From Leucoraja ocellata (lineage: Eukaryota), in assembly GCA_036785375.1 (NCBI GenBank), contig JAWMAR010000283.1, positions 310,001 to 374,000 of the forward strand: a stretch of 64,000 nt of DNA, read 5' to 3'. The notes under the pieces were generated by a model, which did not search any database, was not told the DNA's origin, and saw only the letters and a list, made by a program, of their open reading frames with translations. Below are positions 51,901 through 64,000 of the stretch, in pieces. Positions within the stretch are counted from its first letter, which is position 1. Every line of letters starts with the position of its first letter. Made by a program: the position numbers and the translations under genes.

Positions 51901-52997
51901 TTCTGTTTGATAACACACCTGTAATGACTTCACCATTCTCGAGGCTTTCCAATGGACTCTACCAGAAGTGTCTGCATTTACAGGACTCCTTGTTTTTGTT
52001 TTTAATATAATGTTGGGTTCATTCAGTCCTGTACGGTTCACATTATTTGCTGCTGCTGCTCGCAAGCAGTTGATGTGGTTTTTATTTTATGTTTAATCCC
52101 AGAAAATGGTCATATTTGAAAGATATGTTTGCCACTTGTTCAGACATGGCCACTGTTCGATTTAAAAGAAGGAAACATTTATTTCCTTTCTGTAGAACAG
52201 CAACTGGGAAACCTAGGTTCATTTGAAAGAAACCTGTGGCGTATTTAAGAGGGTTTATATAATATATAAACAGGGTATCTTCTGTACAAAAAAAAATAAT
52301 TCTAAGTGTTCTACAGCGTTTTGTACACCAACACTCACGGAGAGAATAAAGAATCCTACTAAATTTATCAATATCTTAGTCAAAGGCTTGGGATTTCATG
52401 AAAATACTTTTTATTAAATGATACCAGCTGCCAAATCCAACTTTGCAGAATTTACTTTCTCTGCGTGTTGCAATGATTACATCCGTCACAAATTCCTGGA
52501 TTTGCTTTCACTGGTTAAAGTCGTGGAAACTAAATTCAGGGGGCAGCGCACACCTTCTCCCCATTCGAAGTCTCCCCTCCCATCTACTAGTCAGCGTGAG
52601 GATGTACAGTATAAGTTAATTTCAAACCGAATCTCCCTCTTTCCATTTCCCCTCCGGCCGTGAAACCAAACTATTCGGGAACTCTTGCAAAGTCAGCGTG
52701 GTGGTGGGTGGGGAGGGAATTATGGTATTTATGAAAATATGGAAAATCAGATTGGCCAACATTTGAAGTGAGTTATATTGTATCTAAAACCCTGGAGGTT
52801 TCTCCTTTTTGTTTACAGAGCTTCTTAATAAAAGTTTATTTAAAAACATTCAGAGCCTGGGTTGATACCATTAACATGTGTTCCGCACAGGGTAATGGGT
52901 GGATGTTTAGCCGTTATATAATGTGCTGAGTCTCTTGAATTGTGCGAACTATGTTGGCATTGTGGCAATTCGGGGTTTGCAATCTGACCATCTGATG

Positions 52998-53085
52998 TAG
53001 ACACGAGGAATTGCAGAGGCTGCTTCACAAACAAAAACACACACCATGCTGGAGTAACTCAGCGGAGTTACTCCAGCAATTTGTG
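52998..53085. mobile_element. Minimal Penelope-derived hairpin insertion
   Basis: TGCTGGAGTAACTC-agcg-GAGTTACTCCAGCA hairpin (53047-53078); TCTGACCATYTGATG duplicated at 52983-52997 and 53086-53100. Confidence 0.82.
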
Positions 53086-56000
53086 TCTGACCATTTGATG
53101 GTGTTCGGCTAGAACGTGTTAGAAACTCCCCAGTTTAGAAAACTTCGGTCGCAAACATTTCATTGCCGGATCCATCAGTTCAGCCACAACCCGAGACTCC
53201 GGCGACGTCGCAACTGCAAAGTTGCGGGACAGACGCTGCATTTTCTGCACCAGCCCGGGTCTCACTCTCTGCGATTAAACTTTTTCGCGGGTTCAAGCTT
53301 ACTCTTTGCTCTTTATGTCTTTGCTCGAGTCTCCCAAATGCCATGAGAACGTCCTTTCACTCATTTACTCCAGAAACGTGAGGGGTTTTTTTTGTTTTTG
53401 TCTTAAACAAAGTGGTCAATCTTGAGAGGAGGCCAAATTTCCACCCTCGCTTCCACATTTCCCCTCATCAACCCCCTGCATTCAAATGCATTTGTGAATG
53501 CTCCTACTGTTCTGCTGGTGTCGCCTCACCCCCCCCCCCCCCCCCCCATTAAAGTGCCGGGCTCCCCGCCGCAAGAGCTCAGGTTGAAAGAACGGTGCTT
53601 GCGCCCAATTAGGTGAGATATTGCTCCTCTACCTTTATTGCTGAAAGGGACCTTTAAAATATGGTGGGCGGGGGAGACACGGAGCGTTCTCCCGTCGTTA
53701 CTTGGAGTAAATAGATTTTCAGTTGTGCATGTAATTAATACATTTAAACAAAATATTTCTATCTGACTCCTGTGCGGAGTGCAGTCCATTTGCTACATGT
53801 TTCTATAACATATTGGCTGGGTTACAAATTTCAATGAATGATGCAAAATGAGCAACTGCATTGTCGCTCAATTCTGAAAAGGTCCCGAGATCCAGATGCT
53901 CTTAAATTTAAAACCACATGGATACCGAATAAGTCCGGTATTAGGGCGTTCTATTGCATCTCCCCGTGTGTTTTAATCCTGCTTCTTGGATATTGTTATC
54001 TGATTTTTAAAACAAAGAAGCAGAGTGCAATTTTTTTATCAGAGGTTTATTTGTTTGTCAGTAAAATGTGCACGTGGGACACTGAAGATTTCACTTTTAC
54101 AAAAGCAGAGTTGATATATATATATATATATTTGTCCATGAACAATAAAACACGTCAGAGCACGGGGTTTTGTGCTGACGGAAACGAAGCAGTTCTCTCG
54201 ATTGTCTGGTCGGATTTGAGAAAGCGGAAAGTTTGATAAAGATTTGGTATCGACTCCACGGCTGAATGTATTCTTGGGGAAATTGATTAAAATGAAACAA
54301 GCAGTTCCACTAAAGTAATTTAAGGGAGGAAATCTATAAAAAAGCCAAGTCCAACAAAAATACCATTTACATAATTGACAACTGCAAATGCAAAACTATA
54401 TTTTTTCACATTTAAAAAAACAAGAAAAGTCATCACATTTCTTAAGAATTGATTGCCAGAGCCAGACCCAAATAAATTATACTGAAATAAATGACCAAGC
54501 AATAGCGTTTAATTTATTTTGCTACAGACTCGTTTACATTTAAGAATGTTTTAAAACCAGCAAAGGAGAAAAAAAAAGCTGTTGTAAATTTGAATAGCCC
54601 GTATAAAGACTTTTCTGCATTTTGGAATTTTTAACCAACCATTTTAGCTGTAAACATGTTACTATGGAGACTCCTTGTATCACAACCCCTAGAGCCCAGA
54701 GTGGGTCAGAGAAAACGCCGCTATTTCTGGAGATCATTTATCACTGTCACCAGATAATGATTCCCGCAGCAACCTCCTATTGATGTTTATAATTGCATTA
54801 TCTCATATGGAATGATCAATGAAAACGGGAGCCAGGCATGGGATAATCGGCGAACGCCTCCAACAAAAAAAAACTTCTTTACTCTTTTCAAAAGATAAGC
54901 AAAAAAAAAAAATTCTTTACAAACTCAATTCACATTTGGATTCAGCCTCAGTTTCAGAAATCCAAGGTTACTATTCCGACGTCTGAAAAAGTCCGCAGAT
55001 AACCAATATGAACAGGAGAAAAAGAATCAATTCGGATTGTGTTACCGCCTCTCACGGAAGTTATGACAAATTACCTGTGAACGCTTTCTATGAGGATACT
55101 TGCTATTATCTCGGAGTCCGACTAAATCAATGCAAATAAATGCTCCGACTGCACTTGTGTGACCCCCGCTGTACATATGCACGATTGTCTGAAATACATT
55201 TTGTTGTGCTTTAAAATGTCAGCTTTGATTCCAACCGCTCTCTAAGTGTGTCTATTCTTTAATTATTTTAAGAAAGGTTTCTTTTTTGGCCTCGGGGGTA
55301 CTTTGATAAATTTCCATAAAATATTTACCAGTTGAGAACGAATGCGAATCTTTCTTTTTCAAAATTATTGATACTAATCGACAAGTTTGACTTTGTGACA
55401 AGTTACACTTGAAAATACATCCTAATTAGATTGCTGGTCCAAAGCGCCAGCGCAGACAAATATCGGATTAATACTATGTTTTTGGACCATGTTGCTGTCT
55501 GTGAATGAAATCCTACCGAAAATATCTGCGATGGATATTTGTCGCACATTGGTGGACACTGTGTCTATATTATTACCATTCAATGTCGCTTCCCTTAAGC
55601 GAAATCAATGTAATGCAGATAAAAATGAGTACCTTTCGTCCTTTTAAAAAAAAAAGTTTTGCATCTGTTGTGCGATCACATTTAACAACGAATTGCATTC
55701 AGTCAGAAGCCGTCAGAAGCAAGAATTGGCAATGGGGAAACTGAGGTTTGCTATAAGTTTGTATTAAATCCAAATTTCAGCTTCGCCATAACGTGCTTTA
55801 GAATCTTTATATATGCGTCGGTATGGTAAATTATGATTCATGTTTACCCAAGATGAACCTTGTAGACTTATTGGTATTTTTTCCGCTGTGCAACGAAGCT
55901 TATTTTGATTGTTCCCGGAAATGTCAGAATGTCTTTAAGACCAGGTTTTCTTCGCTTCCAGTTCATTCTTTCTTCAGCCCACACATTATATATCGGTTTC

Positions 56001-57879
56001 AAAATCAGTCCACACCTCATCCCCCCCTAACAAATTGGACTCTCATCATTTTACCATGAACACCGTGGATTATCTCCCGGTGGGTAACGATAGGAACATT
56101 GTATATCGTTACATTTCGGGTACCACAGCACGATTCATTAAGAAGTAATGGAAACGATACACATTGAAACTGATAGGAGTGTATATCGGTCATAAAATAC
56201 ATCAATATAAGTGACGTCAATCTGTATTTGTCTCTGTTCTGGAGCAACACCTTTACAGGGAAAGAGGTATGCGTGTAACAACATAGGGAAACGCACTGAG
56301 AAATATTGAAACCAGTGCAAAGGACAACCTCTATCATGTAAGCCATTCAATTGAGGCTTGCGGGGAACAGATCTGACTTGAATCACGTTTTTATCTCCTT
56401 TATCCGTTTAAGAAGGCTGGATAAGCTTTTATCCAACGGATTATATATGAAGACATTTTGCAATACATTACCTTGCAATGTGGATGTAAACAATATGATT
56501 CGGGATGTCGGCGTTTGTAATGTACTGCGCCATCGTAATTGAAACCGTTAGGGTAAAGATAAGAGGCAAATGGTAGGAATGTTGAAAGAGCCCTGTATTC
56601 CTTAAACTGCAATCATAGCTTCATCAGTAAATGTGGATTTCCCGGCGGCATAAATCAGATTACTGTACCTCCGTTCTTATTCTGAAAAAGTTATTTAAAA
56701 AAAAAGCGTCAACAGATTATTCCCCACAGAAAGCTCCGAAATATTTTGCATAATTATCCCTAGTGCGTAAATGCCAACTCTTATTTGCTTTTGATGACCA
56801 GGGCCCAAGGGAGGGGGTGGTGGTAATGATAAAATCCCGGCTATTATTTTCAGTATTTTCTATCTTTGCAGGTAACATTTCTGACTCTGAGGAGACTTCG
56901 AGTTTTAACAAACACAGTCAAGAAATGCAGGGGAACGAATATCATCAAAAAGCTTCCGTTGCATTGACTCATTAAGCATACACGCTATCCGACTGCGGTC
57001 TTTTAACCGAGAATTCAAAATATGTTTTTTTGTAAAGAAATGCAAATAAAGTTAAAAAAAAATTCCCATTAGCAATTTGATTTATAAAATCGCACACGGC
57101 CAATCAAAAATGTATGCCACTTCGTGTGAAGGATACTCACAATCAATATTACAAATAAATATTAAAGTCTGCTGGAATAAGCAAAGCGTCGGGCTATTAG
57201 AAGTACTGATTAATAACTAGCAGGATAATGTTCATAGCCTTTTCTGCCCGACTGCCTTTTTGAATTAGAGACAGTTCCACGCTCTCCAGTGCGTCTACCT
57301 TGGAGAAGAATGAGTGACGGATATTTTTCATCGCTCTCCTCGACTTAATGATGTAAATATTCTAATTAGTAAATCACACTTGCTCAAGGCAAGAGCGACG
57401 GATCGAACCGCCCGCTCAGCAAAATACGCTGCAGTTTTCTTCCCTTTTTGCTTTGGTGGTGGAAATATATCTCGCAAAAATAAAATAAAAAGGAGCATCG
57501 TCTAAAACTTGAGATAAAGTTGAGCCTGCAGCTTGCGGCTGAGGAATCTTGGCTATTTCCAATCTAAGGTTTAATTAGAAGCCCCAGGCGCGAGGTTTGC
57601 ATGAAGACCCTCTCTTTCCTCATTAGTTTCTCATCACTAATCTTGGGTGTTATGTTGGCTTAAAAGGTTGTCAACATTTGACCAACTCCGTGAAAATAAA
57701 CACAGTCTATAGCTCCGGGAGTCGCAGGGCACTGCAAATAAATCGTGTTCGAACCAGCGGAACTAACAGGCGCAAAAATGTTGATAATTTATCGTTTCAA
57801 ATCCTTGTTATTTCCTACCAAGCATTCATTTTTTTTATCCCTCAATGCAGGGGGAAAAAAGGTTATAAATATCCCGCGG

Positions 57880-58200
57880 GTAGTTGGTGGCTAATGCGGG
57901 TATTAATTGCATAAAGATCTCATGATAACTGTAAGTAACAATCTTGGCTTTGCTCGGGAGTCAGACGGGGAGTCAGCGGGCAGCGGGGCAGAGCGAGCGG
58001 CGGCAGCGGCCTCCGAGCGCCCCCTGCTGCCGGGGCCTGCGCCGCCGAGCCGAGCCGTGAAACTGACCCGCAGCCGAGCACATGGGGCGGGGGGGAGTGA
58101 GAGCAATCGCCGCGTTCCCTATTGCTAGCGATCGCGGCAGCTTTACTTCTTAATCACGTGCACACACACACACACACGGGCTGGAATATGCACGTACAAA
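57880..58200. promoter_or_regulatory. CpG island core downstream of Meis2
   Basis: GC- and CpG-dense stretch (gagcgagcggcggcagcggcc...ggggcggggg) that matches no repeat seen in the window. Confidence 0.7.
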
Positions 58201-59151
58201 TCGATCAGACAATGCATGCACAAGTTTGTTAAAATGTAGATGCAGGTTTTGCAAATGCAACACTTTTGTTTCAATATCTATCTTTAACTATCCTAAATAG
58301 TTTTGATTATTTGCTTTTCCTCCCACTGATTGCGGTTTTATATTTCCAAACAAACTCGCATGTGTGGAAACATATCAAGGTGCGATCGCGACTCTGCTTA
58401 CAATCAAACGCAAACCCTCCGATCCTTTGCAAGCTACGGCTTCGGAGGGGTGGGTGGTTGGTTGCAAATCGCATGACCGGTTTGTTTCGGTGCAAAAGTT
58501 ACTGATATTGTACCTGAAAGCAGCCCTTGGCATCGTAGCTGAAAGTTAATATTCTGGAACATCAGCGAACCATAGTGCCGTCGAGTCTCCGGGGGTGGCG
58601 TGTTTACCTGTGCAATTAGTGCACATATAGTTTATCAATAAAATGCATATCTAGCCGAGTAATGCTTGGTGCGGTACGCTGCTTAGAGGGGACGTCTTTG
58701 AAAGGATGGGAGCACAGTTTCACTTTATTTTTTTATTAAAACCCTGTTATTTGCAAAGTGCAAATTCCAACAACACTGCCGTGAACACGAATCAACAAAT
58801 CGCACGAAACATTGCGTTTGGTTTCAGTAATAAACCAGTAATAGACCCGAATTCTAAACCACGATTAGAAAAATACCTGCAAGATCTGTTTGCATGCAAT
58901 CTTAATAATGAATTCAAATGCTTAAAGTGCATTCATATTACCGATTAAAAAGAGGATGCCAATCATTTTCCCAATGTACAGGCAAAATCAGTCATCAAGT
59001 TGTCTTAATATATTCAGCAAATAGTGAGGACATTATCGGTATTTTGAGTTGAAATATCAGTCTGGGCACTTCTCTGCGAATATCCTGACCAGTTAACAAT
59101 ACCCTCGCTGGTTAAAAGTGGATGGGTCACAACACTACTCATGCTCAATTG

Positions 59152-59279
59152 TTTAATAAAGAACTGCAGATGCTGGAAAACCCGAAGGTAGACAAAAAAG
59201 CTGGACAAACTCAGCGGGTGAGGCAGCATCTATGGAACGAAGGAATAGGCGACGTTTCGGGTCGAGACCCTTCTTCAGT
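59152..59279 (-). mobile_element. Penelope-derived terminal repeat, young
   Basis: Same family as 25063-25190; CpGs retained. Confidence 0.82.
59251..59278 (-). ncRNA. Minimal type I hammerhead ribozyme core (PLE-associated), candidate
   Basis: Minus strand CUGAAGA-A-GGGUC-UC-GACCC-GAAA-C-GUC; helix I pairing is weak and activity is untested. Confidence 0.55.
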
Positions 59280-62200
59280 ATGTCTGGTAAATTATTTTGT
59301 TAACGGTCACATACTAGTTTATAACGTAGTATTCGCGAAGCAAACAAGGTTGCAGCAAATACCAAGATTGCTGTGGTTTTTAACAGCTTAGATGCAGCAT
59401 GTTTTATCCTTTGAATGGCCGAGGAAGTGCTCGGTAGAATTATCTCCCTCAGCCTCGGTAATTATACGATTCAGAGTACGACGAAACATTATTCTGTAAA
59501 AATATTAACGTTCAATTCAACTTAACTCATTCTCAATCATGCTCAAAATCCAACTTTGTCACAAGTGATCCAACATGAACATATCAGTACACTTCTAATA
59601 TTAGGGAGACCAGAAACAAACAATCTAAATCAGAAAATAAGAATCAAGAACTCAGAAAATTATAAGAATCAATGATTTTGCAGATCCGATAATACAAGAG
59701 TGAGATGCACTTACATTATTGGACAAAGATGGGTGGTGGGATCAGGTAACGTTCAGAATATTACTGTGATGCTGAGAATACTATTGCAAATAATAATTGC
59801 TTGTATTAGTTATGTTGTAAGTTATTTGTGACATTTATATTAATCAATTCCAAATACCATTTCATTAAAAGTTGCATCAAGTGTTAGTTAGAAAAATATT
59901 CCCACAATCAAGAAATCAGTGGAAAATGTGATCCATAGTAACTATATTAGCAGCTTTATGTGATTGAATTCCACAGTTCTGATTGTTCTGCTTGAGAAAT
60001 TTAAGTAAGCAATTTAAGGGTTGAATGAAACACATAATCCAGGCACAGGAATTTAAAAAAATGTTGGGAGCCTTGATGCGCCTTAATCCAGGACAGTCAC
60101 AGAATGAGAGATCAGAGTATTTCATTGACAAAAAAAAACTTTATTCATTATGCAAATAACTCCCTGTATTTTTGAGAAAAATAATGCAATTTGCCTTAAA
60201 TGAAATGTTTAAATAGCAACAAAGCTTGCACCTTTGATTTAATGTTGAAAATAATGTTTTAAAGCAAAATGTCTCAGGTAGCAATATTAAGTATCAGCGC
60301 TCAGTAACAATGACAGGAGATATTAATCCACTGAAAATGGATGCTAGAGGAAGTTTTACAGGGAAGAGATATTTAGCAATGAGGAGATCTAGTTAGCAGC
60401 TGGAAGCATTGGTGCTGAAAAGCAATAGCTGGTGTCAGGAACTTTTTTAAGCTTTGAAGACTGCAGCTGACAGCAATATATAGTTGTGTAATAACAGTTA
60501 GTGGCAGGGGATAGTTCACCCTTCATGAAAAGTAGCACTGAACATAGCTTGTTCAATTTTGATACCATAGTGAATTAATCTTAAATGACTATTTCATAAA
60601 CGAATCGAGTAATGGAGTTGGAAATAAGCACAGAAGTACATTAAATCATTTACCAGGATAGTGTCATACTAAAGGACACAATTCTCAATAATTTATTTCC
60701 ATCTTTTCAATGATCCAGGTTTACTCAGTGATATTCCATCTACCTATGTCACTTTCGACTTTCAGGTATTTGGAAATGTCTAATGCATTGTGCAAATGTT
60801 TGCAAATAATGTTCCTAAGGATGAAAAAAAAAGAATCCGCATTTAAGTAAAACTTTGAAGATTATTTTACACTCTCAAATATTTACTCTTTGGTTTCAAT
60901 ACCACACACCTGCAGATGGAAGTAGGACATTGGGAAAAAGCCACGGGTTCTCCAGGGCTGTTGTGTTATGCAAAATGCAGCCACCACAAAATGGGAACTT
61001 TGTGGGAGTGAGACCGATGGAGCTAATTCCTCTCACGCGTGCGCTCTACAGCACTGAGTGCAACCCTTTACTCCACGGTGCTCTTGCAAATATGTGCAAA
61101 GGAGCTGGGGTCTGCAGAGCATGAGCCCACCATTCACTCAGTTTTGTGCAGCACCCACCCCCAGTCACCAGTGGAGAAGAAAGGACCCAGAGACAAGTCA
61201 TCTGGTCATCAGGCAGAAAGCAGACCAGAGCCAGCTCCCGAGGTGAGCGACAGTGAGTGACAGGCTTGCTGTGACTTGAACTTTTGACTGTTTTTGGAAG
61301 AAAAATGCCCAGCTGCTTGAACAACTGGTTAAACCCTGCCCATTCTCCTGCACCTACCACCCCCCATGTTAACAGCAGTCAGTGACTTGTTCAATTAACT
61401 TACCTAATCTACAAGCAGGGAAAACAAAAATAAAAACCAAGGGCTGGATTCCTTCATATGCATACCTTTCATTAAAACTACAGCGCCCATACTATCTGCC
61501 TTTTCCATTCTCTACTCAATAAGTGGTGAAAGAGTTAATCATATTAGTTAAAGTGAAAATCATTTCTTACTGGAGGCTACTTCTGCAACCGCCAAGTTTC
61601 AAATATCACATAAATATGCCTTCCCGAGTGCATATTTCTCTGCCAACAATTGCATTTCATTTTTCTAATTTATGCATTTAAAGTTGTCTCAAGAATACTC
61701 TGCTACATTTTGAGTGCCATCCTGTACCGACATGAAGGCAACAGAAAATGTAAGCAGGAATGTGGAAAAACCAGCTCAGGCCTTACCTGCTCCCTCAAGG
61801 TCATCTGCCAATCTGTGAATGACCTTTTAGCTTCCCAAATATAATCCGCAGCAGCCAACTTGATCCATGTTGAAGAACATTTTTTGCCCACTGCAACTTA
61901 ATCTGCTCACTACAGAACTTGCTGGTATTCAGGAAGTACGGGTATGTTTCCCTCTCTCCATTTTCTAGCTCGGCTCACTGTCATCACTTCATAGTCACTC
62001 ATCACCTTCCTGTTTGCATGCTCTTCTCCCTTGGAATCGACTTTCTTGTCATCTGAAGATGTTCAATTAGTAATATTGCTTACGCCTTTTTATATTCCTT
62101 TCCCAAAACTGAATATAACTTCAACAGGGCCATTTTCCATTGTTTCCTCATTCCAATCCATTAGCTAGGCAGGTGGCAACCAATTTCATAGTTATACTAC

Positions 62201-62794
62201 TATTTATCTGGATTAAATCTACCATTGTGTGGAAACAGTGCTAAATAATTAAAGGCTGGGTTTAGCTGATGCATGATGCAAATACAGATAGAACATTTGT
62301 GCAATGGATATTTCAACATTTTTTACAATCCTATCAGTGAAGCTCTAATTTTGGTCTGAGGCCTTCAATTTGGCAGTTTGTCATTGGCATTCATCTAACC
62401 TTTACTTTGTTGACCTTGCCTCAGTCTCCAGGGTCAGCCTCATTTACACACTGAAGTCAAGCTTCTCAGTGTCAATAATGCTTCTCTTTGGTAGCTTGCA
62501 TTTTAGAAGGAATTCCACCATCTGCCATCTACAAAGCATATATTGATATTGGAGTTATGGGATTATAGAACCTTAAGTGCTTCTCATGACTGGCTATTGT
62601 TGAGAAGGGTGCACTGGAGAAGAAAACTCCCTTGTACATATCTCTTCCCTTGGTTCTTAAATAGTCTCCTCTCTAACAGGTTGTGTCCACTTAGTCGACT
62701 GTGCGACTTATTCATGTATTCACTCATACCTTTGCTAATTGACTCGCAGAAGGCAGTCCAGGAAATGAGAGGAAACGTAAATCAAACTATCATC

Positions 62795-63081
62795 AATGCA
62801 CACCTTCAGATTCAGGGACAGTTTCTTTCCAGCTGTTATCAGGCAAGTGAACCATCCTACCAACACCTAGAGAGTGGTCTTGAGCTACTATCTACCTCAT
62901 TGGAGACCCTTGGACCATCTTTAATCAGACTTTACTGGACTTCATCTTCTACTAAATGTTATTCACTTTATCATGCATCTGGACACTGTGGATGGCTCGA
63001 TTGTAATCATGCATGACTTGTTAGCACACAACAAAAGTGTTTCACTGTACCTTGATACATGTGACAATAAACAAAACGAAA
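62795..63081 (+). mobile_element. Rex1/Babar-like LINE 3' end
   Basis: Homologous to 18062 copy; tgtgacaataaac tail. Confidence 0.8.
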
Positions 63082-63227
63082 CTTTGAGGACACACATCTG
63101 ACCAAGTGAGGAGATGGCCATGATTCATTACTGTTTTCATGTCTCATTTTTCTTGAACCTATTCACTTATTTGCATCCAACTGTCCAGTGAAACTTAAAC
63201 CCATGATGCCAAAAGCTACATAAAATC

Positions 63228-63508
63228 CTACAGCATGGGAACAGACCCTTCGGTCCAACTTGCCTATGTTGACCAAGGTGCCCTGTCTACACTAGTCGCA
63301 CTTGTCCATGTCGCTCTAAACCTTTCCTATCCATGCACTTGTCCAAATGTATTTTAAATGTTGTTATAGTATCTGACTCAACTACCTCCTTTGGCAGCTC
63401 GTTCCATATGCCCACCACTCTTGTGTGAAAAAGATGCCCCTCAGGTTCATATTAAATCTTTCCCGTCAGACCTATGTCTTTTTGGTTCTTGATCTCCCTA
63501 CTCTGGGT
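63228..63508 (-). mobile_element. CR1 LINE 3' fragment
   Basis: cagcatgggaacagacccttcggtccaac...cccaccactcttgtgtgaaaaag. Confidence 0.8.
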
Positions 63509-64000
63509 TCCCCGATAGCTGAAGAGATTTCAACAAGATGGCATTGCAACAACAATATTTTGCTTCTCTGATTCACCAACAATGACAATTATCTTCCTTT
63601 GTCGGCTATTAAGGGATTTTCCAATGTATATCATATATTTCTCGTACCTCGTTGCAGCACTTGGTTGAAAACTGTCTTGATTGCAAGGGCTGTTCTTTTC
63701 CCTTCTTGACATCTAGCTTCTAAGTCTAAATAATAACCCAAGACCTAAAAACGGGCTAGCCCAACCAAAGTATAAGTAAGTAGGTTGGGGGTGAACAAGT
63801 GCTAGATAAATGACGTATTGGCAATTTCTTCCATCACTATGTTCACTGTAGTGTTTGGCTGTGAAGTTGTCAGGAATAGTTCAATTATTGCAGATGGAGA
63901 AATGTTGAATGGTGACTTTGGAAAGATAGTTTTGATTGTATGTATTATGCAGGTACTCTTAGGTAGGCCAAATGCACACGGTATGAAGAACTAAACAGAC

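Noticed and set aside
57903-58128. Ala/Gly/Pro-rich ORFs on both strands
   Set aside because: Expected in a GC-rich island; no recognisable domain or splice structure
62543-63016. 157-aa ORF, the longest in the track
   Set aside because: 3' half is an off-frame reading of a Rex1-like fragment; no coherent protein

Overview
Eukaryotic genomic DNA, not prokaryotic. The repeat content (HE1/V-SINE-like SINEs, CR1, Rex1/Babar, L2 and Penelope-like fragments) points to a cartilaginous fish, probably a skate or ray; this is an inference. The window holds the 3' part of the TALE homeobox gene Meis2 on the + strand: exon 9 (7709-7785), a 37.5 kb intron, exon 10 (45274-45332, GC donor), exon 11 (47738 or 47759 to 47848), cassette exon 12 (48154-48249) and terminal exon 13 (CDS 50518-50804, 3'UTR to about 51.9 kb). 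Exon numbers follow the mammalian convention. Nearly all entries in the ORF track are not genes. The best leads are: (1) dispersed Penelope-derived fold-back elements carrying minimal hammerhead-ribozyme cores; (2) an in-frame 81-nt extension behind the weak GC donor of exon 10; (3) a symmetric exon 12 whose post-stop sequence stays in frame with exon 13; (4) a CpG-retaining, transposon-poor domain 3' of the gene that resembles the Polycomb site described at the mouse Meis2 3' end. I cannot support a wholly novel system from sequence alone. Splice-site, TSD and TIR coordinates were counted directly; other repeat boundaries are approximate and family names come from recalled consensus features, not a database search.
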